Shown here piece after piece: positions 11,100 through 23,477 of a stretch of 33,108 bases of DNA (position 1 is the first letter of the stretch; each line of letters begins with the position of its first letter). This stretch comes from Eledone cirrhosa (Eukaryota), in contig CAXHJY010001763.1 of the NCBI GenBank assembly GCA_964016885.1, positions 1 to 33,108 on the forward strand, given 5' to 3'. The notes below the pieces were generated by a model. It was given only the letters and a program-made list of their open reading frames with translations. It was not told the origin of the DNA and did not search any database. The translations under genes and the position numbers were made by a program.

Positions 11100-12412
11100 C
11101 GAGGGGGGATCAAAAAGTTCGCGGAATTTTATCGTAGTAAGAAAAAAATAGGTTAAAACAATATTAAACATGTCAGAACATTGTCACTGGGTGTTTACCT
11201 TGCTATTAGTCACTTGTAGTCAGTTATGCGTGGACTATTGTACAGTACTGACACACTTTAAAAAACCTCTTTTTGGAACAATGGAAAATAGTTATTTTGA
11301 GATAAGATCGAATATCAAGTTTCTGGTGAAACTCAAATGGAAAGGAACACAGATTATGGAGGCTTTAGTTAAAGTTTACGGTACTACTGCTCCAAAGAAA
11401 ACTGCTGTCTACAAGTGGATTCATCGATTCAAACAAGGGAGAGACGACCTTGAAGACGACCATTGCAGTGGAAGACTAGGAACATCAAAAAATGACCAAA
11501 CGTTGAGGCTGCTCAGACTTTTATTGAAGAAGATCGAAGAATAACAGTTAATCAGTTAGCTAAGTCCCTAGACATTTCATATGGTTCGGCAAATTCAATT
11601 CTGCACGATAATTTGGGACTAAGCAAGCTTTCAGTGCGATGGGTCCCAAAAGCGTTGTGCCCTGATCAGCTGATTCTTCGAAGTGATCTGTCTTTGGCGA
11701 TATTAAACAAAATTGAAGTTGATGAAGAGCATTTCCTGACCAGAATCATCACCGGAGATGAAACCTGGATCTACCAGTATGATCCTGAATCCAAACAGCA
11801 GTCAAAATAGTGGCTTCCGCATGGATCATCGGGGCCAATCAAGTTCAAATCTCAAAAGTCGGATAAAAAAGTGAAGGCCACCATTTTCTGGGATTCAGAT
11901 GGGGTGATACTAATAGATTATCTTGAAGGTCAAAGAACTGTGACAGGAGCTTACTATGCAAATGTTTTAAGGAAACTGAAAGAGGCATTAGTCAAGAAAC
12001 GAAAAGGGAAACTTCATGGTGGGATCTTGTTTGACCATGATAATGCACCAGCGCATTCTGCGAGGGTTGCAAAAGAAGTTCTTCGAGAATTTCGATGGGA
12101 AGTGCTTCCTCACCCGCCTTATAGTCCAGATTTAGCCCTATCAAACTTTTTCCTCTTTCCAAAACTCAAAGAAATGCTAAAAGGAACCCGTTTTAGTGGT
12201 GTTGAAGAAGCTAAAAACACTGCCAACACATGGCTTCGAACAAGGCCTTCAACTTTCTTTAGAGACGGCTCTCGAAGCTGGAAGCATCGCCTTGTGAAGT
12301 GTATTGACCTGGATGGCAACTATGTAGAAAAATAAATTGAAGGTAAATCATATTTTTTGAAAAATAGAATATTTTCTGAAAAATTCTGCGAACATTTTTG
12401 ATCCCCCCCTCG
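11100..12412 (+). mobile_element. Full-length mariner DNA transposon (Hsmar2/irritans-like), defective
   Basis: TA target duplication (11098-99, 12413-14) and ~31-bp TIRs cgaggggggatcaaaaagttcgcggaatttt / aaaattctgcgaacatttttgatcccccccTcg; 1.3 kb long. The subfamily call is from recollection of TIR and protein similarity. Confidence 0.95.
11281..12335 (+). pseudogene. Mariner transposase pseudogene
   Basis: Motifs WVPKAL, ITGDETW, HDNAPAH and YSPDLALSN. Frameshift near 11500, TAG at 11808-11810, and the third catalytic Asp appears as Asn. Confidence 0.92.
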
Positions 12413-12414
12413 TA

Positions 12415-13100
12415 TAGGCATTCAATTGCAGCAATGATTTTCTCTTTAGAGCGCTCAGCATTAAAAAAAATATGCAACAAAGTTCTTGAGTCAGCATCAT
12501 CTCCTGCTAATTGGAGAAAGTCTATTATAATGCTTCTGCCCAAGAAAGGTGTCTTGCATAACATGTCTAATTATAGCGGCATATCATTACTTAATCATGC
12601 TGCAAAGCTGTACAACTGATTACTGCTAAATAGATTAAGAAGAAGCCTCAATAGTGATATTAGCAACACTGAAAGTGAGTTTAGGCCATCTCACAGTTGC
12701 ACTGAACAAATACATACTTTAACCCTTTAGCATTTACATTACTCTATATATACTATAATATTTTCATGGTAAAGACTTTACCTCACATAATTATCGAATC
12801 TATAGATTTTGATATTATTTATTTTCAGAACAATACCTTAACATCAGTATGAGTGGCTGATTACAGCCGGTTTGAACAGAAAGTGGTGAGAGACTTCTGG
12901 ACGGATATGGCCAGTTTAAATGCATGAAAAATGGTGCCTTCTGGTAGTTGCTGTATTCATCGATTTCTGGAATCGACAGTATTCATCGATTTCTGGAATC
13001 GACAGTGTGGATAGAACTGCAATCTTTAAAATCTTGCGAGACACCAGCCTCCCAGAGAAAATCAATACTCAATCACTTGTACATCAATATCACAAGCAGG
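12415..13100 (+). pseudogene. Non-LTR RT, more N-terminal segment (opposite strand to 10590-11097), interrupted by a MITE
   Basis: PANWRKSIIMLLPKKG...NYSGISLLNHAAKLYN...FRPSHSCTEQIHTL, then VAVFIDF...DSVDRTAIFKIL...LPEKI. Confidence 0.82.
12723..12923 (+). mobile_element. piggyBac-type MITE copy (right TIR damaged)
   Basis: TTAA|ccctttagcatttacattactct...ggatatggccagtttaaatgc; homologous to 18812-19034. Confidence 0.75.
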
Positions 13101-13149
13101 CAGTTTCATTGATTGAATCAATTAGAAGACTTGTTGTCAGAACATATAT

Positions 13150-13335
13150 AATTGTTTCTATTTTTGGCACAATGTCAGCAATTACCCCAGTGCATTACTG
13201 GTGCTTTATTTTGTCGACCTCGTAAGGATGAAAAGCAAAGCTAACCTTGACGGGATTTGAACTCAGATTGTAAAGGACCATAACTCTATGGTGCAAAGCA
13301 TGGTGTCTGATGTTCTACTGATACTGCCAATCCAA
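13150..13335 (-). mobile_element. tRNA-derived SINE, family A
   Basis: ccccagtgcattactggtgctttattttgtcgacctcgtaaggatgaaaagcaaag...gggatttgaactc is the reverse complement of the family A core. Confidence 0.75.
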
Positions 13336-14061
13336 CAACATATATAATATACAGGCATGTGGTTAAGGAGTTTACTGTGACCATGCAGTTTCATGTTTCA
13401 TTTAATGACATCATGGGTGCATGTCTTCTACTATAGCTTCAGGATAACTCAATACCTTGTGAGCAAAATTTAATAGATGAAAGCTGTACAGATGCCTTAC
13501 ATATCTATCTGTCTGTCTGTCTGTCTCTTTATATGTATATATTTATCCCCCCCCCCCCTCTATATATATATATATATACATGCATACATCCTTTATAGGA
13601 TTACATTTCTGTTAAAGATTATTTTCCTACTGCCAAATACTTTCCTGTTTCAATTACTGAATTTTGAAAACCCCCTCCCCCAAAACTCATTAAATAATAT
13701 AAATAATAATTAATTAAATAAATAATTAGTTTGTTTAGAATCAGTGTTGGTATTTGAAGTGTAATTAATATGAAAAGTTTGTTATATATAGCAGAGAAAT
13801 CTCTCCTGGTTAAAACAGGGAAAGACATACAATTATTGGCCAACACACACAGACACACAGAGAGAAAGAGAGAGAGAGAGATTATTTGGACTGATTAAGT
13901 TTAAGCACAGAATCTCTTTGCTGTAACCATTTTTGGGATCTTTATATATATATATATATAAATCTACACACATATCTATATATATCTATAAATATATATA
14001 TAACATTTATCGTGTCCTCTTTGGAGTTAGTCTGTTGAGCCTTGTATATGTAGCCTTCAGC

Positions 14062-14097
<36 letters not shown>

Positions 14098-14217
14098 CCT
14101 TGTATATAGTAGGTGTATCTGATGTTAAAGAACCTGAAGCTTCGGATGAGTCCAAGTCACCTAAATGATAATGCATCCCAACTCATCTATGAGATGTATT
14201 TTGCACACACTCACATA

Positions 14218-14406
14218 CAGGGTGTATCAGAAAGAATCATTCGATTTTATTTACAATTTTTACAAAAGCTCAATATGTAAATAACTTTAAAAAATTTATA
14301 AAACTTTATATTCAGACATGAATTGTACAAGTTACAGCATGATTATATGGTTTAAAATATGTTTAAAAAATACAGCCTTATGAAACACCTTTTTTGATAT
14401 ACCCTG
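14218..14406. mobile_element. Tc1/mariner-type MITE
   Basis: TA|cagggtgtatcagaaag ... ctttttttgatataccctg|TA. Confidence 0.7.
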
Positions 14407-14765
14407 TATATAGATGTAAATATTTGTTTGTATAAAACAGAAAATAAATTTTCATAATTATTAGAAAAACATTTTTCAAAATATATAATTTTTTTTTATT
14501 AACAAAAAATATTCTGATAGAAGGAATTCAGTTAAATTCTTCAAGTAAAAAATCCTTACACCAAAAATAAAAAAGAATAAAAAAATCACTCTATATTGCT
14601 CTTGGCTAATGTCCTAAATCTTAAGCTATGTTTATAAAAATGTCCTACCTTCTTGAAATTATTTACATTTCTGTTTATTTAATTGGAATCCCAAACTATT
14701 AACTGATTTCATAAATTTTAGGCCTCACTCTTTAGAAATTCTTAATAAATAACTTTTAGATTTAA

Positions 14766-14988
14766 CACTTTAGCATTTAAACTGGCCATATGCGGCCAGA
14801 ATTCTCTCATCTCTTTCTGTTCAAACTGGCCATAAACGGCTGTTCATACTGATGTTAAGGTATTGTTCCTAAAATAAATAATATCAAAATCTCATAGATT
14901 CGATATTATGTGAGATAATTATATGAGGTAAAGCCTCTACTGTGACAATACAATAATATGTATACACAGTAATGTAAATGCTAAAGAG
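14766..14988 (-). mobile_element. piggyBac-type MITE copy (reverse orientation)
   Basis: TTAA|cactttagcatttaaactggcc...gtaatgtaaatgctaaagag|ttta. Confidence 0.75.
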
Positions 14989-15989
14989 TTTATTCTACTT
15001 GGGACCTTATATTATAATCTAGGTTGAAAATATAAAGGATCACACAAAGATAATCTAGTTTTAAAACCTCACCACATCACATCTAGAAATCTGTCAGAAT
15101 TTAATTTTATTTGGTTAAGGACCTAAACCATAATCTAATTAAAAAACTTTAAGGATCACACTTAGAAATCATTTTCAACTGAATTTTATTCAAAGAGAAA
15201 ATCAAAATTCTTTTGAGGGTTAAATCGCCTCATTCATAATTCTATTCTCAGAAATTATCTACAATTAATTTTTATTCAATTTGTGATGTAAAAACATTAT
15301 CTAGATTGAATCCATTAACCCTATTGTTACCATTCTTCTAATGAGACAAAAATGAAATTTACAGCTCACACCTATGCAGGTTTAACTAACCCCCTACAAT
15401 GTTACATTCCATCCGAGGTTTCTTGGGTGTTTAAATGATAGGGGCTCCAGTCCTATCATGGGATGCAACATAAAATGAAACATTTTGCTCAAGAAAACAA
15501 CACACTACTAAGTCCAAGAATTGATCCCACAACCTTATTATTATGAATCCAGCACCCTAACTACTAAGCCACATACTTTCACAATGAAAGACACTGCTTG
15601 TCATTTTGAAATGATTTTCAAAATATTTAAGAATTTGGAACAATTAAAATATATAACTAACTTTATCCTTATTAAGATGATATTTAGAATATAACTTAAC
15701 AAAAGTTCTTATATAGAATTATGATGGATGGTCATATATAGATATAAGCATTTTAAAACAAACAGTTTTGTATCATAGCACCAGGGGCAGTATCAAGTGG
15801 TTTGATATCAAAAAGGATCACATTGAGACATCATCATCATCATTTTACGTCATCCTTAACAATTAAATTTTTACTCAACAAGTGACCCTGTGTATGATTT
15901 AGTAAACATGGGGTATCATCATTAGAAATCATTCATGATTCAATTATATTATTCATTGGGGATCCAGACTATTATCTGAATAGACCCAC

Positions 15990-16125
15990 AGAAAATTTTA
16001 ACAATAAAAAGGTGGAGACCTGATTTATAATATAATTTGAAACCCTTTTCTCATCACCTGACTTCTTTTCAGTCACAGACCAAAGTCATAATCTGAATTC
16101 CCGCTCCATAACTTTTGAGAATAAC
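15990..16125 (-). pseudogene. Decayed duplicate of the GSTO C-terminal coding end plus start of the 3'UTR
   Basis: Reads GGG AAT TCA GAT TAT GAC TTT GGT CTG TGA CTG AAA AGA AGT CAG GTG versus gene GGG AAT CCA GAT TAC GAT TTT GGT CTT CAA CTG AAG AAA AGT CAG TTG TAA. The flanking ataatataatttgaaaccc is also duplicated. Confidence 0.75.
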
Positions 16126-16239
16126 CCCCCCCCCCCCCCAAAAAAAAAAACCCTTAACAACAAAAGGTTATTCAGTGGGAGACCTTATTCATAATATAAT
16201 TTGAAACCCCCACTTTTTTTAATTACATTTAGAAATCAT

Positions 16240-16502
16240 TTACAACTGACTTTTCTTCAGTTGAAGACCAAAATCGTAATCTGGATTCCCGTTCCCCAAA
16301 CCTTTGAAGAATGCAATTTGATGTTGAACTTCATGCTTTGTGGCCATCACTGCTGGTTGCTGCAACATGTTCTCATTCCATTGAGAGAGTAATGGGTATT
16401 TGTTGATGACAAAATGGTTGTTAGTTGCAGTTAACATCTTTATTGCCTCCATTTTCTCAAACCACGGCCAAATATTGAAGTCAGCCATACTAACTTGTTT
16501 TC
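16240..16502 (-). CDS. GSTO1: GSTO exon 5 (terminal)
   Basis: tgtcag|GA AAA CAA GTT AGT ATG GCT GAC...CAG TTG TAA; encodes [17 protein letters not shown]...[16 protein letters not shown]. Confidence 0.95.
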
Positions 16503-18343
16503 CTGACAGAGAAACCAATAAATATATACATTAGTAATAAATGTTTCGAACATAGGCAAAAAGCTAACAATTTTTTTTGGTGGTGGAATGGATTATATTG
16601 ATACCAGTGTGTGGAGGTGTGTGGCCTAGTGGTAAGGGTGTTGGGCTTATGATCATAATGTTGTGGATTCGATTCCTGGGCTGGGTTGCGTGTCGTGTTC
16701 TTGAGCAAAACACTTCATTTCACATTGCTCCAGTATACTCAGCTGAAAATGAGTACCAGCAATATCCAGGGGTTTACTCTTGTGATGGACTGGCGTCCTG
16801 TCCAGTAGGGAGTCTTGTACTCTCATTCACTTCATGCCATGAAACTGGGATAAGTACCGGCCTAACGATCCTTCTGGCTTAAGACAGACTTTGGACTGAG
16901 ACTAGTATGTGACTGGTACTTTATTCTATCGACCCTGTAAGGATGAAAGGCAAAGTTGGCCTTGGCAGGATTTGAACTTAGATCGTAAAGAGACGAAACA
17001 AATGCTGGGAAGTCAATGAAATCAAACAGTACTTGACTGTTACTTTATATTATTGACCCTGGGAAGGATTAAGTAATGGGTTAAGGTTAGAGTTATTTTC
17101 AACTCTTTTAATAAAATGCTTTATAGTACTCAATAGAGATATATCTGTCTTTGACAATGACTGTGAAAATACTGTGATACATATAACCTTGTCTTAATTT
17201 TCCATGACCCCCCCCCCCCCGCCAAAAAAATGACAATAATGTATTAATTATTGTCATAGTAAGTAATCCAGTGTGTGTGTATGTTTGTAGGATAGGGGGC
17301 TCTATATATCCACTACGACGAGCACTACCCCATATATAGGGGAAGTACTCCAGTGTGTGTGTGTAGACAAAGGAGCTCTATATCACATCTACCACCACCA
17401 CCAGCACTCTCCTTTATATATAGGGCAGTACTCTAGTGTACCTTGCCATGCCAAAGATAAATCTCACCTCCAAAGAAGGGTCCACCTCTTTCTTTGAGTT
17501 GCTCTTCAAAATAGCAGAGCTTGGATGTCAGCTTATTTTCCATAGCATCAGTTTTTTCATGTTCAGGGGTTTTGATTGCCTTTAAAAGGTGTTTTATCAT
17601 CTGCAATGTTGAATAGTAATGAAATATATATCATCATCATCATCATCATTATTATTGTTTTTAGCCTATTTTTCCATGCTAGCATGGGTTAGATGGGTTG
17701 TCAGGAGACCATATCTTGCTCTTATGAATCTAATTGGGCTTGATTTCTAGGGCTGGATGCCTTTCATAACACCAGCATCGTTACAGTGTGGACTGGGTGA
17801 TTTTTATCTTGTTATGACTCCTACATGACCACTTTACAGTGTGGGCTGGGTGCTTTTTGTCATGAATCCTACACGACCACTTTACAGTGTGGGCTGGGTG
17901 CTTTTTGCCATGACTCCTACACGACCACTTTACAGTGTGAGCTGGGTGCTTTTTGTCATGAATCCTACCCGACCACTTTACAGTGTGAGCTGGGTGATTT
18001 TTGTTGTGACACATACATGACCACTTTATATATATATAATTAATATGTACAGTCTCACATTCTACCGAGTGCACAGGAGAGGTTAAAGACATGGCAACCT
18101 CTCCTGTGCACTCGGTAGCCTATGAGACTGTACATTATCGAGATGCATATCCCTGGCTTCAGTACTGACTTGGTCTATGTAGACCTGTCCAACCCTTGGT
18201 AGCAGGTAAAGCTACTCTAAAACAATGATGATGATGATGATATAATATACAACTATGAACACAATACTATATCTGTATACAGATCACTTTCTCTTGCCAC
18301 CTGTCACAGAAATAAAATCTGAAATCAATAACTATATACACAC

Positions 18344-18380
<37 letters not shown>

Positions 18381-20394
18381 ATTTTGTCTGTGTCCACCAT
18401 ATATATATATATATATATACATAAACTCATACACTTTATACATTTACTGTGGATAAGGTATATTAATAGATCTATTTTTATATACATTTATATGTAGACA
18501 ATAATACATTCTATTTGTGTGTGTATTGATTTCATACACATGCACAAAGTTAAGGAATGATTGAATGTACCTCAGAATATAACTGGTACTTATATTATCA
18601 ATTCCTGTTAATAGTCAAGCAAATTGTAACTTGGTATTTAAATTACAATAATTAAAGGATAAAAGGATTAAATGTTGTTAAGAGAGTACTCTCTGTAAAT
18701 GTGGTTGGCATTAGGAAGGGCATCCAGCTGTAGAAAAAAGTGTTTTATCATCTGTAATGTTGAATAGTAATGAAATATATATATATCATCATCATCATCA
18801 TTATTGTTTAACCCTTTAGCATTTACATTACTCTCTATATATATTATTATATTTTCATGGTAAAAGCTTTATCTTATATAATTATCTCACATAATATTGA
18901 ATCTACGAGATTTTGATGTTATTTATTTTGAGAACAATACCTTAATGTCAGTATGAGTGGCCAGTTACAGCTGGTTTGAAAAGAAAGAGGTGAGAGAATT
19001 CTGGCCGGATACGGCTGGTTTAAATGCTAAAGGATTAAATTTAACCACAAAGAAGAATACACTTACCCTATCCATATGACTGACTAACATTTCATCTTTG
19101 GCCTTAAGGTAAGGGTCAGTGGGATTTAAAGGAGGATTGGGGTAGAGTTTCTCTAGGTAATCATTGCAGATTAAGGACTCGTAGATTATCTTGGAATCAT
19201 GTTCAATGACAGGAACCAATCCAAAAGGATTTTTCTCAAGAAACCAATCTGGTTTGAATTTTAGGTTGATGTTTACTGTTTCATGCCTGCAATTGAAACA
19301 ATAACAATATATGAGATGTTAAACACACACACACATGCACGCACAGTATGAAGTAAACTGTTACATGGTAGCAAAACAGATCTTTAATGCAGAGAAGAAA
19401 AACTGGGTGTAAGAGGAATCAAAATGTATTGTACAAGAGAGAAGACTGAGCTGGTATGGACATGTAATCATCATCATCATCGTTTAACCTCCATTTTTAC
19501 ACACTAGCGAGGGTTAGATGATTTGTCCTGTTGTAAGACGAGCCAGATCAGATGACCATATCTTGCTCACACAGAACTTATTCTGGCTTGGTTTCTATGG
19601 TTGGGTGTCCTTCATAACACCAACCATATTTACAATCTTTACTGGGTGCTTTTTGTCATGACATCCACATGATCACTTTACAGTGTGGACTGGGCACTTT
19701 TTGTCATGGCAGTAGCTCAGAGAGTCACTCCAAGTGAGCTGCTACTTATCCGAATTGAGAGATCATTTGAGAAATCACAGCTCAGGTACTATGGGCATGT
19801 GGTTAGAATGTCTCAGGAAAGAATTGCTGGACAGATTTTGCAGGCAGGAGACCCAGGGGTAGACCCTGAGCAAGATGGTTGGATAACATCCATGAGCTTG
19901 GCTGGTCTTGCTTGGGTATCCAGCCAAATCAGTTGGAGACGGTTGCTTCTGACAGGACCTGCCAGAAGGAGTGTTTGAGGACTCTGCCCCCATGACCCTC
20001 TCAGGAATAAGTGGGCAAAGAAGAAGAGTAGAAAAATGTCAAGCAGCCCAAGTAGAAGGAACTTGGGGAAGTGGAAAACATGAGAAGTAGTAAAAGCTGA
20101 TATTAAGAGGCTGAACCACATGAGGGAGATAAAGTATTAGAACAACAAGATGGTGGGTTGGAGAACATCTGTCCAACGAATACAAGCAAAGAAACATGGA
20201 TGTAAAATGATGATGATGGAGATATATACAATGGGATTCTATACAGTTCCTGCTTCTAAATTTCACTGACAACACATTGGTCAATCTAAGACTAGATTAG
20301 AAGACAGTACTATTGCAAATTTAGTGGGAAACACATGGTTGTAAAGTGAATTTCTAAACCACAGAACTCATGGATGGTGTGCATGAATCACTGC

Positions 20395-20440
<46 letters not shown>

Positions 20441-20569
20441 CTATCTGTATGAATGTGTATTTCTCCACCCTCACCTGTATCTTTCTCCATTTATAGAGCT
20501 TCATAAGAACTGTATTTATTTACCTTGTTTCCTCCTTGTAGTAATACACACACATATATGTATAAACAA

Positions 20570-20661
<92 letters not shown>

Positions 20662-20897
20662 TGGTGTTAGGAAGGGCATCCAACTGTAGAAAACCCGCCA
20701 GACAGTCCTATGCGAGCAAGACAACCACTCTTGCCTCAAGTGGGAAAACCCCCGTCCAAACCCATGCAAGCGTGGAACACGGACGCTAAACCTGATGATG
20801 ATGATGATGATGATGATGATATATATATATATATATGTGCCTGTATATATATATATATACATACACACACGCATATATATATATATATATATACAGG

Positions 20898-20935
<38 letters not shown>

Positions 20936-20947
20936 CAGGCACACACA

Positions 20948-21018
<71 letters not shown>

Positions 21019-21165
21019 GCACACACACGTGTATATATATATATATATATATACAGGCACACACACGTGTATATATATATATATTTATATATACACACAG
21101 GCACACACACACTATATATATATATATATATTTATATATACACACAGGCACACACACACACACAC

Positions 21166-21197
<32 letters not shown>

Positions 21198-23425
21198 AGC
21201 ACACACATATATATATATACACACAGGCACACACATTCACCTATATTTTTAATGCATTACTTCCACTAGGACAGTGACAATTGAAGCACAGAAACACACT
21301 TTTAATTGACACTCACAAATAATGAAACACACTTCACTGAACTGAAGCATTTCTATAACATTAACCCTTTGGCATTTACATTTACTATTATATTTTCACA
21401 GTAAAGTCTTTACCTTACATAACATTTACATTACTCTATATTTACTATTATATGTTCACAGTAAAGGCTTTACCTTACATAACATTTACATTACTCTATA
21501 TTTACTATTATATGTTCACAGTAAAGGCTTTACCTTACATAACATTTACATTACTCTATATTTACTATTATATGTTCACAGTAAAGGCTTTACCTTACAT
21601 AACATTTACATTACTCTATATTTACTATTATATGTTCACAGTAAAGGCTTTACCTTACATAACATTTACATTACTCTATATTTACTATTATATGTTCACA
21701 GTAAAGGCTTTACCTTACATAACATTTACATTACTCTATATTTACTATTATATGTTCACAGTAAAGGCTTTACCTTACATAACATTTACATTACTCTATA
21801 TTTACTATTATATGTTCACAGTAAAGGCTTTACCTTACATAACATTTACATTACTCTATATTTACTATTATATGTTCACAGTAAAGGCTTTACCTTACAT
21901 AACATTTACATTACTCTATATTTACTATTATATGTTCACAGTAAAGGCTTTACCTTACATAACATTTACATTACTCTATATTTACTATTATATGTTCACA
22001 GTAAAGGCTTTACCTTACATAACATTTACATTACTCTATATTTACTATTATATGTTCACAGTAAAGGCTTTACCTTACATAACATTTACATTACTCTATA
22101 TTTACTATTATATGTTCACAGTAAAGTCTTTATCTTATATAACATTTAACTTAACATCCTTATGAGTGGCCAGTTATGGGTGGTTTGAACAGAAAGTGAG
22201 ATAATTTTGGCCGGATATGGTTGGTTTAAATGCTAAAGGGTTAAAGCATAAAAGTAGAGTCAATGTCCTATGTGATCACAAAGTCGGCTTTGTGACCACA
22301 TAAGTCTTGGTTCAATCTTCTATGGTACCTCTTGTTGACAACTACCTTGTCACTGGAATTTAGTAGATGGAAACTGTACAGAAGTCTGTAGTATATTATC
22401 ATCATTCATTCTTATGTGTTAATGTGTATGAGACAAATTTTTTCCAGTTCTGCATTTGTTTCCGAATAGGCTATGTAGCTGGTAAACCTTAACACACATC
22501 GTTATAGCGCTTCACCAGCCCCTTCTTTCTGTTGTCTGTATCTGTTTATGTATTTACGTGTAGATGTGTGTTTATGTAACTAAAGTGTAATGTACATTAC
22601 GAATGGACTAAATGATTTTAAGTGGTTGTGCATGTGTCATGACAAAAAAAGCACCCAGGCCATACTGTAAAGTGGTTGTGCAGGTGACGCGATAAAAAAG
22701 CACCCAGTACTCACTGTAAATGAGGTTGTTGTTAGGAAGGGTATTCAACTATAGAAATCAAGCCCATATCAGTTCTGCATGAGCAAGACAGGTCACTTGA
22801 CCTGGCATTGCCCACAACAGGACAACCCGTTTAACCCATGCTAACATGGAAAAATGGACGTGAAACGGTGGTGATGATGATGGAAAAGATTTCAAATTGT
22901 CCTAACAACTGTCTTACCTCGGGCTGCGACTCATGGTGTCTGACACTCTTACCGGATACAGAGCCTCTTCCTTTTTTTTTCACTTAATGTGTTTTTTCTT
23001 GTCATTTCCTCCTTTGTGAGACCCAGTTTTATGAGATCAGCTTCCACCATCTCTGCTCAACCCTTTTTCATATTCCACTACTATGACTTCCTTTCACCAA
23101 CATTTCAATGTTTTAATTTATTTTTTATATAACATTTGAAATCCTTAATACCATTAAAATAACTTTGCTTATCTTTTAAGCCTCACATTTAAATATAAAC
23201 TTTTCTTCTTCTTTCTGAGTGAGTTGTCCTCAAACACTCCTTCCAGAGGGTCCTGTCAGAAGCAAATGTCTCCAAATGATCAAACTGGATCACCAAGTGA
23301 GACCAGCCAAGCTAACGGATGTTATCCAACCACCATGCTCGAGATCTTCCTCCGAGTTTCCTGTTAGTTGGCGTTGCCTGTAAAATCTGTCCAGAAATTC
23401 TTTCCTTAGTCAATCCAACCATGTA

Positions 23426-23477
<52 letters not shown>

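Noticed and set aside
16613-16685. Possible tRNA genes at A-box/B-box sequences
   Set aside because: No full cloverleaf; each continues into a SINE body.
18041-18137. ~44-bp-arm inverted repeat next to (TA)n
   Set aside because: No ribozyme core or tail hairpin. It continues into a (GAT)n-tailed element, so it is more likely a 5' inversion of that element.
20370-21277. Many YI/HT/CV-rich ORFs (also near 9677-10195 and 30278-30632)
   Set aside because: Dinucleotide microsatellite artefacts.
21452-22165. 237-aa hydrophobic ORF
   Set aside because: Translation of the 60-bp tandem array inside a MITE.
22918-22934. ATG AGT CGC AGC CCG AG|gtaaga on the minus strand, phase-compatible with exon 3
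   Set aside because: It would omit the CPYA active site, has no promoter evidence, and is probably a chance match.
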